Below are positions 49,741-63,399 of a stretch of DNA of 64,000 nt, piece after piece (position 1 is the first letter of the stretch; each line of letters begins with the position of its first letter). The notes below the pieces were generated by a model. That model ran no database searches, was not told where the DNA came from, and worked only from the letters and a program-made list of their open reading frames with translations. The position numbers were made by a program, and so were the translations under genes. Where the stretch lies: the NCBI GenBank assembly GCA_038087875.1, contig CM075994.1, positions 930,001 to 994,000 of the forward strand. The letters run 5' to 3'. This stretch comes from Malacoraja senta (taxonomy: Eukaryota).

Positions 49741-52700
49741 ATGGGAACGTACGCACTTCACATCGAGATCTTCTACCCGATTATTGCAGTCATTGGTGTG
49801 CCTGGTAAGTCATTTTAATGTAGCGGTGGTTTTCTCTCTGTCCCTCCCCCACCCTAGTTGTCGTACTAGTTTCACTGTCGTCTTATTGAGTTTCACTGTC
49901 TGTATAACTCGTTATCACCTAGCCCTCATCCAACAATGGGCCATCATGGGCTCTCCATTTCCTTGATCATCGTTACTTTATGAATAGCTTTCATTCATTT
50001 GCTCTTTATCTCTCTCTATCACCGACTATATCTCTCGTTTTCTTTTCTCCTTACTGGTCTGAAATAAAGGTCTCGACCCGAAATGTCACTTATTCCTTCT
50101 CTCCAGAGATGCTGTCTGACCCACTGAGTTAATCCAGCATTTGTGTGCCTCTTAGCAGAATGATGCCTGCTTTAGCGGGAATCAGCTACAAGGAGAAGTC
50201 GGACCGACTTGGATTGTTTTCTCTGGAATACCGGAGGTTGAATGGAGACCTTCTATGGCTCTTCATTGTTTTTGGCTGCAGTTGATTTCTCTGCATCCAT
50301 TGTGCCAGTCAGTGGTCAGAGTCAGGGCAACGATGAGATTGTTCACTTTTGTGCTCTTGGTTTCAATGCTAAGGGAAGACGGATTGCTTCTAACATTGGG
50401 CAGGTAGTCGCTGGTCTGCGCAGGCCCTACGGGACGAAAGGCCTGTTTTCACTCTTATTGTCTAAAATTAGGTGTAGCACCGTGGCGCAGATGGAGAGTT
50501 GCTGCCTCACATCGCAAAAGACCTGGGTTCAGTCCTGACCTCGGGTGTTGTGTATGGCCTAGATGGAATGAATGTGAAGAACCCGTCAAGTCTACTGTAA
50601 CATTCAGTCATGGCTGATCTATCTTCCCCTGATCACCCCCATTCTCCTGCCTTTTCCCCCTATCCTTTAACAACCTTATTGATCAAGAGCCTGTCAATCT
50701 CCGGTTAACAAATACCCAAATGACTTGGATCGTATTCAGTTCAGTTGAAATTAGTTCATTATCACGTGTACCGAGGTACAGTGAAAAGCTTTTGTTGCGT
50801 GCTAACCAGTCAGCGGAAATCGCGATTACAATCGAGCCATTTCCAGTGTACAGATACATGATAAGGGAATGACGTTCAGTGCAAGGTAAAGCCATCAAAG
50901 TCCGGTCACACATGGTCCGAGTGTCACCAATGAGGTAGAAAGTAGTTCAGGACTGCTGAAATTATTGTTACATTTATTGCCGTTCCCTACAAATGCAGTC
51001 CCCTACGCCTCTATCCCATTTCGCTCTTGCTTCTCGCCGTTGTGTGTTTCCTTACAGCCAACTTGATGTCCTTGGTGATCCTGTTTCGAGGAAAGTGCGG
51101 TCTCTCCAAAGACATCACCTGCTACATGATGGCCATGGCGATGGGTGATCTCATGGTGTTGGTCTTCAACGTCATAGTCAGCCAGATAGTCAGGTACGTA
51201 CTGGATACCTGCTCCAACCTCATCTACTGCATGTGTAGGAAGGAACTGCAGACTGAGAGACAGTGAGGGCCACGCAGAGATATGAAAAGGAAAGGTGCGA
51301 AAACGAGACATCAAATGGGACGCTGTTACCGTACAATATGATAGAACTTTACTAATCCCAAGGAGGGAAAGTATTCTGCTAACAGTCATAAAAAAAACAA
51401 GATACATTAAATTAAAGTGACGAATGGAAAGGTTTGGGGATGTGCAAAGATTTGGAAGGGGGGTGGGTGGTGAAGTGGTATTCTGATCAAGGGAAAAGTA
51501 GAATGGACCATTGTTAGCTCGGGGAAGTGGACAACGAAGCAAAGAGAGATAAATATTTAATCAAAGGGACAGTCAAACTGGTCGGGGAATTAGGATGGGA
51601 TGGAGAGAGAGGAAAAGCAAGGGTCACTTGGAGTTAGAGAAGTCAAGCTGGGGTGTAAGCTGCCCAAGCGAAACACGAGGTGCTGTTGCTCCTGTTTGCG
51701 CTGGGCCTCACTCTGACAATGGAGGAGGCCCCTGACAGAATGGGTAGGTGTGCGAATGGGAGGAGGAGTAAAAGTGTTTGGCCACCGGGAGATATCCCAG
51801 TTCCCGATGTGGCCTCCTGGACATCGGCAACACAATGTGTAGACTGGGCGAAAATTTCGCCGAACACTTGCGCTCGGTCGGCCAAGACCTGCTGGAACTC
51901 CCGGTTTTTAACCATTCCCTTCCCGTTACAGCACTGACCTTTTTTTTTAATCCTGGGCCTCCTTCACTGCCAGAGTGAGGCCACACGCAAACTTGAGGAA
52001 CAGCATCTTACAACCCAACGGTATGAACATTGAATACTCCGATTTTAGGTAACCTTTCACCAACCTCCCGCAAAGCCCATTCCATTCTACCCCACATCAC
52101 CCTCTCTCTTCCCACGCTTCCCCGCTCCTGTTCCCCGCACAGCACTAAAGACCTGGGTTCGACTCTGACCTTGGTGTGTCTGTGTGTAGTTTGTACATTC
52201 TGCCTGTGACTGCGTGGGTTTTATCCGGGTGCTCCGGGTTGCTCCCACACTCCGAAAACGTGCACGTTTGTAGGTTCATTGCCTTTTGTAAAATCTCCCC
52301 TGGTCTGTTTGCAAAAGTTAGAGGAAACCTTGGGCACCCGGAGAATACCCACGATGTCACGGGGCGAATGGCCAATCTCCGGGCAGACTGCACCCGTAGT
52401 CAGAATCGAACCCGGGTCTCTGGCAGCAACTCTACCGCTGCGCCACCGTGCCGACCCGCTGAGTTACTCCAGCGTTTTGTATCTATTTTTCTTTCACGAG
52501 CCGCTGCCTGACCCGCTGAGTCACCGCGGCGTTTCTTGTCCTTTCGGGTACCACTTCCCCGAGTCTCCGCTCCGCTACACGCCCGTGTGCCGGCTCAGTG
52601 CCTACCTGCAAGGCTTCAGTTTCCAGCTCAATACCTGGTTCACCGTGGCCTTCACGTGTGACCGTTTCGTGGCTATCTGTTGCCGGAAGCTGAGGCGCAC

Positions 52701-53337
52701 GTATTGCACCGAGAGAACCGCGGCCATGGTGCTAGCGGCGGTAGGAATGGTCAGTGTGTTGACGAACGCGCCCTGGCCTCTCCGCTACCGGCCCTGTTTC
52801 ACCGTTCACCGTGTGGCCTACGGTTGCTGCCCTGTGCCGGGTCACCTGGAATCCCCGCTGTGGTCCGCCCATCGCTGGGCCTCCTTCCTCCTCAACACCC
52901 TCCTCCCCATCCCCGTCCTGCTGCTGCTGAATTCCCTGACCGCCAGACACATTCTAGGGGCCAGCAGGGCCCGACTGGCCTTGAAGGGCTCTTGCCAGGG
53001 GGGCGGGGGCGACGTCCCCGAGGTCAGGAGCCGGAGGGCTTCGGTCGCCCTGCTGTTCGCCGTCTCCGGGAGCTTCGTGGCGCTGGCCGTTCCCATCACG
53101 GTGATCCAAGCCTGGGTCGGGGTGAGCGCGACGGTGATGTTCCGCGGCCCCCGCTCGCTGTACGCGGCCGTGCAAGTCGCGATGTTGCTGAAGTGCCTCG
53201 GTTCCTGCACAAACACCTGTGTGTACGCCCTCACCCAGAGCAGGTTCAGAGCGCAGTTGAACGCCCTGCTCACGTCCCCCTTCGCCGCCCTGTGCATAGG
53301 TGTTAAGGTGAGGGGGAAAGATGTACGAGGAACCTGA
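49741..53337 (+). CDS. GPR139/GPR142-like GPCR, copy 5 (exons open, acceptor GG)
   Basis: Exons 49741-49804, 51058-51193 and 52548-53337 are open. Functional status uncertain. Confidence 0.7.
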
Positions 53338-54123
53338 GGGGTACCCTTCAGCCAAACTTGCTCACAATGGCCACCATGCTCCGTCTACACTAGTCCCACC
53401 TGCCTGCATTTGGTCCATATCCCTCCAAACCTGTCAGATCCATGATCGTGTATAAATGTTTCTTAAACGTTGTGATAATTAACCCTATGTCCAGCACTTA
53501 GAACTTGGAACTTAGAACTTAGCACTGGAACACAATGTCCGTGCCACAATGACCGTGCCAAACACGATGGCAAGATCATCTAATCTCTATGTTGCCGCGT
53601 GGGTTTCCTCTCGGTGCTGCATTTCCTTCCACGCCCTAAAAATCTTGTAGGATAATTGGACTCTCCAAATTGCCCATTAGAGTATAGGGAGTTCTCCTCT
53701 CTCCCCTTTTCTCCCCTCTCCCATCGTGCAAAATGTATAGAAATATGAATACACACACCTCAAGTTTCAGGGATAGTTTCTTCGCAACTGTTATCAAGAA
53801 ACTGAAGCATCCTACCACAACCAGTGAGCAGTGCTAAATTACTATCTACCACATTGGTGACCGTCGGACTATTTTTTACCGGAATTTACTGGATTAACCT
53901 TGCACGAAACGTTATTCCCTTATCGTGTATCAGTACAATGTGGACGGCTCCATTGTAATCGTGTATTGTCTTTCCGCTGACTGGTTAGCACGCAACAAAA
54001 AGTTATAACTGTACCTCCGTTAACGTGACAACAAACAAAACGAAATTATTCCTACTGTATGCTTCTACTAGGGAGACAGATAGACTCTTTTATTGTTCCA
54101 GATTAAAATAAAACATGAATTGG

Positions 54124-54428
54124 ATCATCATTGAACCATTGAATCATTGAACCATTGAATCATTCAACCATTCAGCTATTGAACCATTGAATCGTTGAGC
54201 CAGTGAGCCATTGAACCATTGAACTATTGAGCCATTGAACTATTGAACTATTGAGCCGTTGAATCACTGAATCATTGAACCATTGGAACCATTGAACCAT
54301 TGAATCATTGAACCATTGAACCATTGAACGATTGAGCCATTGGGCCATAGAACGATTGGACCATTGAGCCATTGGACCATTGAATCATTGAATCATTGAA
54401 CCATTGAACCAATGAACCATTGAGCCAT
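54124..54428. repeat. Short 8-bp minisatellite, unit 5
   Basis: About 300 bp, without the internal insertion or spacer duplication. Confidence 0.9.
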
Positions 54429-54563
54429 TTGTCCTTTAATCTGGTTGATCACTAACTTTGTTCTCATTAGGTCCATTCGAAGCGGGGAGAAATCTCGTCT
54501 GCACGGAGTAAATAAACTGCAGTCACTGAATTCACTGTTTCACAACGGGGCACGGAATGGAAT

Positions 54564-56417
54564 CTATAGAGAATAGACGCAGGAGTGGGCCATTCGGCCC
54601 TTCGAGCTAGCACCGCCATTCAATGTGACAATGGCTGATCATCCACAATCAGTACCCCGTTCCTGCCTTCTCACCATATCCCCTGACTCCGCTATCTTTA
54701 AGAGCCCCGTCCAGCTCCCTATTGACAGTATCCAGAGAACCAGCCTCCACCGCCCTCTGAGGCAGAGAATTCCACAGAATCACAACTCTGTGTGAAAAGG
54801 TGTTTTCTCATCTCCGTTCTAAATGGCTTACCCCTCATTCTTAAACTGTGGCCCCTGGTTCTGGACTCCCCCAACATCGAGGACATGTGCCCTGCATCTA
54901 GCTTGTCCAAACTCTTAATAATCTTATATGTTTCAATAAGATCCCCTCTCATCCTAAATTCCAGAGTATACAAGCCCAGCCGCACCATTCTCTCAGCATA
55001 TGACAGTTCCGCCATCCCGGGAATTAACCTTGTAAACCTACGCTGCACTCCCTCAATAGCAAGAATGTCCTTCCTCAAATTAGGGGACCAAAACTGCTCA
55101 CAATACTCACAAAACTGCTCACAATACCCACATAAGAGATTAGGATACAAACTTAAATCACACGGTATTGGGGGTTCAGTATTGATGTGGATAGAGCACT
55201 GGCTGGCAAACAGGAAGCAAAGAGTAGGAGTAAACGGGTCCTTTTCACAATGGCAGTCAGTGACTAGTGGGGTACCACAAGGCTCAGTGCTGGGACCCCA
55301 GCTATTTACAATTTATATTAATGATCTGGACGAGGGAATTGAAAGCAACATCTCCAAGTTTGCGGATGACACTAAGCTGGGGGGCAGTGTTAGCTGTGAG
55401 GAGGATGCTAGGAGACTGCAAGGTGACTTGGATAGGCTGGGTGAGTGGGCAAATGTTTGGCAGATGCAGTATAATGTGGATAAATGTGAGGTTATCCACT
55501 TTGGTAGCAAAAACGGGAAGGCAGACTATTATCTAAATGGTGGCCGATTAGGAAATGGGGAGATGCAGCGAGACCTGGGTGTCATGGTACACCAGTCATT
55601 GAAAGTAGGCATGCAGGTGCAGCAGGCAGTGAAGAAAGCGAATGGTATGTTGGCCTTCATAGCAAGAGGATTTGAGTATAGGAGCAGTGAGGTTCTACTG
55701 CAGTTGTACAGGGTCTTGGTGAGACCACACCTGGAGTATTGCGTACAGTTTTGGTCTCCAAATCTGAGGAAGGACATTATAGCCATAGAGGGAGTGCAGA
55801 GAAGGTTCACCAGACTGATTCCTGGGATGTCAGGACTTTCATATGAAGAAAGACTGGATAGACTTGGCTTATACTCGCTAGAATTTAGGAGATTCAGAGG
55901 GGATCTTATAGAAACGTACAAGATTCTTATGGGGTTGGACAGGCTAGATGCAGGAAGATTGTTCCCGATGTTGGGGAAGTCCAGGACAAGGGGTCACAGC
56001 TTAAGGATAAGGGGAAAATCCTTTAAGACCGAGATGAGGAAAAACTTTTTCACACAGAGAGTGGTGAATCTCTGGAACTCTCTGCCACAGAGGGTAGTTG
56101 AGGCCAGTTCATTGGCTATATTTAAGAGGGAATTAGATGTGGCCCTTGTGGCTAAAGGGATCAGGGGGTATGGAGAGAAGGCAGGTACGGGATACTGAGT
56201 TGGATGATCAGCCATGATCGTATTGAATGGCGGTGCAGGCTCGAAGGGCTGAATGGCCTACTCCTGCACCTAATTTCTATGTATCTATGTATCTATGTAG
56301 GTGTGGTCTCACTAGTGCCCCGTACAACTGCAGAAGGACCTCTTTGCTCATATACTCGACTCCTCTTGTTAGGAAGGCCAACATGCCATTCGCTTTCTTC
56401 ACTGTCTGCTGTACTTC
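54564..56417 (-). mobile_element. Old CR1 3' fragment of unit 5, split by a younger CR1
   Basis: Segments 54564-55108 and 56299-56417; longer and less deleted than in units 1-4. Confidence 0.85.
55128..56298 (+). mobile_element. Young 5'-truncated CR1 LINE (RT C-terminal half)
   Basis: Open frame with SGVPQGSVLGP, KFADDTK, RPHLEYCVQFWSP; (TATCTATG)n tail. Confidence 0.95.
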
Positions 56418-56419
56418 AA

Positions 56420-56910
56420 CGTATAATTTAGATTTTTCTTTTTAACATTAATCAGTAAAAGTCGAGAAATAAAGCATAAAATGTCTGTGCATAGAGGGGA
56501 AAATGTGAATCAGAATATGTAAAAATCTAGTGAAATTTGGCATTTTTAAAGCTTTTATCGCAAATAACATGTCAAATATAGGATGAAATATTCACTGAGG
56601 CTTATCACTGCGAGCAGAGCCATTGTGACGTCATCAGTTAAAGCTGGTGGTTTTCATTTCAAAGTCTTTTGTCTTTTTTAGACTTTTCATCAGTAATGAG
56701 TCGAGATTAAGTCGAGAACTAAAGCATAAAATGTTCAGATAAGGTGTTTCTGGCCTCGACGGGAAATATGTCAATCAGAATATGTAAAAATGTTATCGTT
56801 ACCGCATAGTGTTTTTGCGAAGATGTAAAGACAACCACGTAAACACACACATATACACACTTACAAGATCAGACTTTTACTAAGTATATGATATATGATA
56901 TGGTATAGAT
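56420..56910 (+). mobile_element. Possible non-autonomous Helitron/Helentron-like 3' part
   Basis: Internal duplication (atcagtaa...gtcgag...aatcagaatatgtaaaaat twice), CA-rich stretch, AT-rich end. Family assignment is a guess. Confidence 0.3.
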
Positions 56911-57042
56911 GTATGTGTGTATATGCATCTATAAATATATATACTTATATATATATAAAAGTTAAATATAACCATATATATTATATATGCGTGTGCGTTT
57001 TTGTATCTTCGCCAAAAAGCGATGAAATGTTTACTGAATATC

Positions 57043-57164
<122 letters not shown>

Positions 57165-57859
57165 CACACACATTGAACTTTTTTTCTCATCCGTTATATT
57201 GTGTACCGAATACTAGAGTATGTTTCTATATTCTGTCGTGCTCCTGCAAGTAAGAATTTCATTATTCTGCCTGGGACATATGACAAGAAAAACACTCTCT
57301 CTCTTGCAGTATTTCCTGAGATTTCTCACACTATATTTTTAAAGAGACATATAGTCCGACTACAAAGAAACATGTTTTTGTCCCATCTATCCCATGTCCC
57401 CCTGCACTAGTCCCATTTGAACGATATCCCCCTACTCCAATCCACATACCTGTCCAACTGTCTTTTAAATGCTGTTATAGTACATGCCTCAAAAATGTCC
57501 TCTGACAGCTCATTCCATATACCCGCCACCCTCTGTGTGGAAAGGTTGCCCATCAGGTGATCGCTGGTCGGCGCGGACACGGTGGGCCGAAGGGCCTATT
57601 TCCATGCTGTATCACTAAACTAAACTAAATTTGTCTTTCACATTTTGGAATCGAATGAAAGCACCGTCGTGGAAAATCAAATTTTATTATCATTTCTGAT
57701 TGGAAGGCAGCGGGTTTTGTCAAATAGGGTGAGTGAAAAAAATAAAGAGTTTACAAACACAAACGTGTCAGGAAACAAGATGCAGAAACATCGAACTTAG
57801 CAAATTGTTATTAGAGGAATCGGCATTTTCCACGCATTAAAGTCGAGCCACAGGGTTAA

Positions 57860-58632
57860 ACTGGAGGGATGGCGGCACTGCGGGGGCTGGAGGGTCAGGA
57901 GGAGGTTGAGTGTGCTGGACGAGGGGAGGGGGAGGGAGGGAGGTGGAGAGAGGTGGTTGAGTGTGCTAGAAAAGGGAGGGAGGGATGTGGGGCGTTCGAG
58001 GAAGGGGAAGGGAGAGGTAGAGGGTGAGGAGGAGGATGGGAGGGCGGGGGAGAGAGGGTCCGGGAGGATGTTGGGGGGAGGTGAGGGGAGGGGAGGGAGA
58101 GGTAGAAGGAGGGGTGGAGGGGAAAGGAGGGACATGGAATTTAGAGGGAGAGTGGGTGTTAGACGGTAATGGGGAGGGGTGAAGTTAGAGGGAGGGCAGG
58201 TCGTGGAAGGAGGGGAGGAGGAGCGTTGGGAGGGGGAGAGATGGGTAGGGGGGTCTGAGCGATCTGGGGAGGTAGAGGGAGGGAGATGGAATTAAGTGGA
58301 GGAGAGGTAGGGGAGGAGGGGAGAGTGGTGGGAGTTTGGGGGAGGGGTGAGAGAGTGGTGGAGGGATGTGGAGTGAGTTGGAGGGAGGGAAAGGGAGGGT
58401 GTGGGTGATGGAGTTACAGTTAGGTCGTTCTACCTCCTCCCCGTCCCACCTATACAGAGAGGGAGAGGGGGCAGCACAGAACGGTGTGTTGAGGGAAGGC
58501 TAAATGTAGACATTGACTCTACACCCACCCCTCCCCCCTCTGCCCCCACCCACACCCCTCCATCCCCTGCCCCCACCCCAACCCCCCACCCACCTCCCCC
58601 CAATCCCCTTCCCCGTCCCCTTCCCCACCCCT
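57860..58632. repeat. G/A-rich then C-rich low-complexity tract
   Basis: Seen directly. Confidence 0.85.
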
Positions 58633-58654
58633 CACATTCATTGCTCATATTTAA

Positions 58655-58965
58655 CGGGCGGCACAGTGGCACAGCGGTAGAGTTGCTGCATCACAGCGCC
58701 AGAGACCCGGGTTCGATCCCGACTACGGGTGCTGTCTGTACGGAGATTGTCCGTACTCCCCGTGACCTGCTTGGGTTTTTTCCGAGTGCTCCGGTTTCTT
58801 CCCACACTCCAAAGACGTACAGGTTTGTAGGTTGATTTGCTTCTGTAAATTATAAATTATCCCGTGTGTGTGTAGGATTGTGTTAATGTGTGGGGATCGC
58901 TGGTCGGTGTGGACTCGATGGACCGAAGGGCTGTTTCCGAGCTGTATCGCTTAACTAAACTGAAC
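58655..58965 (+). mobile_element. Near-complete tRNA-derived SINE
   Basis: A box-like tggcacagcggt, B box-like ggttcgatcc, (CTAAA)-type tail. Confidence 0.85.
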
Positions 58966-59394
58966 TAATTTCGAAACAAGTGAATTTCTGTGGGCCGTAG
59001 ATGGATTTGCAAAGAAGCGAATTTCAGGCAGGTGGAACGATGCAATGCTGTTTTATCAAGAGGTTGTTTTCTGCGGGAATTGGATGATCACAAAGCAGCC
59101 TCGTGCTGAAGAGGAAGGACTTACAGCTTTGAGAATGGTCCTGCAAGCAGCCTGTTCAAAGATAATTAAAATATATATTAGTACCATGATACACCCTGAT
59201 GTAAATGCACCTCCCTGGTTAACTCATTCCTTCCCATCCAAATCACCTCCTCCCCAGGTACCTTCCAATGCAACTGCAGGAGATGCAACACCTGTTGTGC
59301 TTGGGACGGCACGGTGGCGCAGTGGTAGAGTTGCTGCCTTACATCGCTTACAGCCCCTTTCACTTTAAACCTACATCCTATCCATGTACGTGTC

Positions 59395-59665
59395 TGGTTT
59401 AGTTTAGTTTAGTTTATTGTCACGTGTACTGAGGTACAGTGAAAAGCTTTTGTTGCGTGCGAACCAGTCAGCAGAAAGATATTACAATTGATCTATTTAC
59501 AGTGTACAGATACATGATAAAGGAATAGCGTTTAATGCAAGGTAAAGTCAGCAAAGTCTGACCAAGGATAGTCTGAGGGTCATCAGAGAGTTAGATAGTA
59601 GTTCAGGACTGCTCTCTGGTGTGGTGGGATGGTTCAGTTGCCTGATAACAGCTGGGAAGAAACTG
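59395..59665 (-). mobile_element. Retroposon 3' fragment
   Basis: Same family as 1468-1695. Confidence 0.7.
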
Positions 59666-60010
59666 CTTCTTAAATGCTTCTTAAACGTTGCAATAGTACC
59701 TGACTCAAATACCTCCTCCGGCAGCTCATTCCACCCACCCACCACCCTTTGCGTGAAGAAACTACCCCTCAGATTCCTATTAAATCTTTCCCCCCTCATC
59801 TTAAACCTATGTCCCCTGGTTCTCGATTCCCATACTCGGCAGGAGACTCTGTGCGTTTACAAGATCTATTGCTTTCATGATTTGGTACACCTCTATAAGA
59901 TCATCCCTCATCCTCCTGCATTCCAAGGAATGAAGTCCTAGCCTGCCCAACCTCCCCCTATACCTTAGGCCGTCGAGTCTTGGCAGCATCCTCGTAAATC
60001 TTCTCTGTAA
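59666..60010 (-). mobile_element. Decayed CR1 fragment
   Basis: RMLPRLDGLRYRGRLGRLGL...FFTQRVVGGWNELPEE. Confidence 0.8.
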
Positions 60011-60469
60011 ACCTTTTCCAGCTAAAATGTAAATTTAGTACAACATGCTTGTTATGACATGATTCTGAACCAGGTACACATTACCTTAAAGTTCATCCAT
60101 CATGTGATGGTCGTGATTGGCCCGACATTTTTTCAAGGAGGAGGTGAAAATTTCGAAGGCGCACGTGAGCTCATCTACAGAGGAAGTGAAATAAGAGACA
60201 GCATCATTGCAGAAGCCAAGTGCATCCAACACAATTAATGTCATCCATATTTCAATGGTGGTCACAAATAGCAGGAGTAACTCAGCGGAACAGGCAGCAT
60301 GTCTGGAGAGAAGGGATGGGTGACGTGTCGTGTTGTGACCCTTTCCCATGCATTTTTGAGATACATTGTGGACACAGCCTCATGCAGCCACAAATAGTGC
60401 CAAACCCCCCCACCCCCACCCCCCGGCCCACTCCCTACACCTCCCCCACTCCCCATCTATCTTGATCCC

Positions 60470-61065
60470 AAATCCAGCACTCCTTCACGACAACTCTCAC
60501 CAACTTCTACAGATACACCGTAGAAAGATGTATCTCAGCTTGGTTTGGGAACAGCTCTGTTCACGACCGCAAGAAATTGCAGCGAATTGTGGATGCAGCC
60601 CAGACTATCACAGAAACCAACCTCCCTTCCATTGACTCCATCTGCACCTCAGAGTGCCTCGGCAAGGCCAGCAGCATAATCAAGGACGAATCACACTCTG
60701 GGCATTTCCTCTTCTCCCCTCTCCCATCAGGCAAAAGGTATAGGTGTGAAAACTGGCAACTGAACCAGCCCCCCTCCCCTTCCCTCCACCCTCACTCTCT
60801 CTCCCTACTCCCCCCTCCATTTCCATCAGGTAACTGAATCATCCTACCACAACTAGAGAACTACTATCTACCTCATTGGTGACCTGTGGACTATTTTTGA
60901 ATTTGCTGGCTTCACCTTGCACTGAATGTTATTACCTTATCACGTATCTATACACTGTAAATGGCTCGATTATAATCATGTATTGTCTTTCTGCTGACTG
61001 GTTAGCATACAACAAAAGCTTTTCACTGTACCTCAGTAAATAAACTGACAATAAACTAAACTGAA
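60470..61065 (+). mobile_element. Decayed Rex1-like 3' end
   Basis: QRIVDAAQTIT...IIKDESHSGHFLFSPLPSGKRYR plus tail. Confidence 0.75.
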
Positions 61066-61119
61066 CACTCTGTATCTTCCCCTTTGCACCACATTCAGAT
61101 GGGGCGGTACAGTGACGCT

Positions 61120-61720
<601 letters not shown>

Positions 61721-61737
61721 CCAATGCATCCTTACTG

Positions 61738-62025
61738 TGGCAGAGACCCAGGTTCCATCCTGACCTCGGGTGCTGTATATATGTGTGGAATTTGTACTTT
61801 CTCCCCGTGACTGCGTGGGTTTCCTCCAGGTGCTCTGGTTTCACCCCCATCCCAAAGTCGTTTGGGTTTGTAGGTTAATCGGCCCTCTGTAAATTCCCTC
61901 CAGTGAGTAGGGAATGGATGAGGAAGTGGGATAATGTGGAACTAGTGTGTGAATCTGTGATCGATGATCGGCGTGGACTCGGTGGGCCGAAGGGCCTGTT
62001 TTCCTGCTGTACCTTCCAAACTAAT
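61738..62025 (+). mobile_element. tRNA-derived SINE
   Basis: Similar to 58655-58965; head-to-head with the preceding SINE. Confidence 0.75.
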
Positions 62026-63272
62026 TCGATCAACCGACCAAAAAGCTTTACACTGTATCCTGGTGTAGAGGCCGCAATAAACCTGAAGCTAAACCCAAAA
62101 TGTTACAGGAAGCAGAGGCTTCAGAGACTTGAGTCAGTGCTTACCAATAAAAAGATAGTCATCGCCATCGCTTTCAGTGGTTCCTTGTGATCAGATGGTA
62201 TCATGTATAGAAGGAAAAATGACAACAAAAAAAGGCAGGTTATTCCATCTTTTGAAATATCAGTTGAAGTTTAGGGCAGGTTGATCATGAGGGAGCTTTA
62301 GGATGAGGAATGAATTGAGAGGAGTTCTAGACCGACAGAGTGACAGGTATTCTTCTCAAACTGGGCTTTTAATAGTATACTAGACTAAGTATATATATAT
62401 ACTAGACTAAGTGGGACCCGTTGGGTTCCAGTCACACGGGAAGCCTGGACCCCCAACGCAACCCATTCCCCAACACAATATTCCACCACTCATCTGTTCC
62501 CCCAACGAAACCCGTTCCCCCAACGAAACCCGTTCCACCACTCACCCATAGATCCTAACTGCGCAGGCGCGGCTCATTTTCCCTGAATATCCAGTTTCAG
62601 GAACAGCTTCTCCCGACAGCCATCAGGCTATCACCACTACAACCTCCAAATATTCTCTGGACTACATAGACTCGCTGGCATTGGTTTTGTCTTTTTCAAC
62701 TATTATTGTTTGTTTGTTTTTATGTGTATGTATGTGGGTGTGTTCGTCGATAGGACTAATCCTTAGAGTGCAGGAGGGTGAGGGATGATCTTATAGAGAT
62801 GTATAAAACCATGAGAGGAATAGATTGGGTGAACGCACAGAATCTCTGTGATTCTGTGACTCTAACACCCTGTGGCTCTATGGCTCTAGGTATCTGACAA
62901 TGACTCCATGACTATGACTGTGACCACGTAGGTGTCCAGAGAGGACCCAGCGGCATTAGTGGACAATGGCGCCGACCGACGGATGAGGACGGAACACGTG
63001 GAAGTGAGGACGTCGCTGCTGGGAGAAGGAACAAAGGAGGACCCGGCATAGGGCGACCGCCGTGAGGGAGGGGGAAGAACAATGGGGACCCAGCGTGGGG
63101 GGACCGCGGTGAGGTGGGGGGGGGAGGCGGGTGGTGAAGTGCAAAGGGGGACCTGGCGTGGGGGGGATTTGTAAATTTATAAGCGCCCTTCATAGACTAC
63201 TATTTGCATTCCTTAGCAAAGTATGCAAGCAAAGAATTTCATTGTGACCTCACATTTGACAATCAAGTCTAC

Positions 63273-63388
<116 letters not shown>

Positions 63389-63399
63389 GACTGCATGAC

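Larger units (their letters stand above)
1..56374 (+). repeat. Tandem segmental-duplication array, five GPCR-bearing units
   Basis: Same ordered content recurs, with GPCR ATGs at 501, 12840, 21335, 33195 and 49741. Shared junction ...atga|ctagagaacac at 6884, 19162, 27797 and 44227. Homology ends near 56374. Confidence 0.97.

Noticed and set aside
54792..56198. 468-aa ORF as a novel RT gene
   Set aside because: Chance fusion of antisense old CR1 with a sense young CR1 fragment.
58655..58730. tRNA gene
   Set aside because: A and B boxes continue into a SINE body and tail.
57797..58835. Pro/Gly-rich ORFs and G-quadruplex potential
   Set aside because: Low-complexity tract with no evidence of an associated gene.
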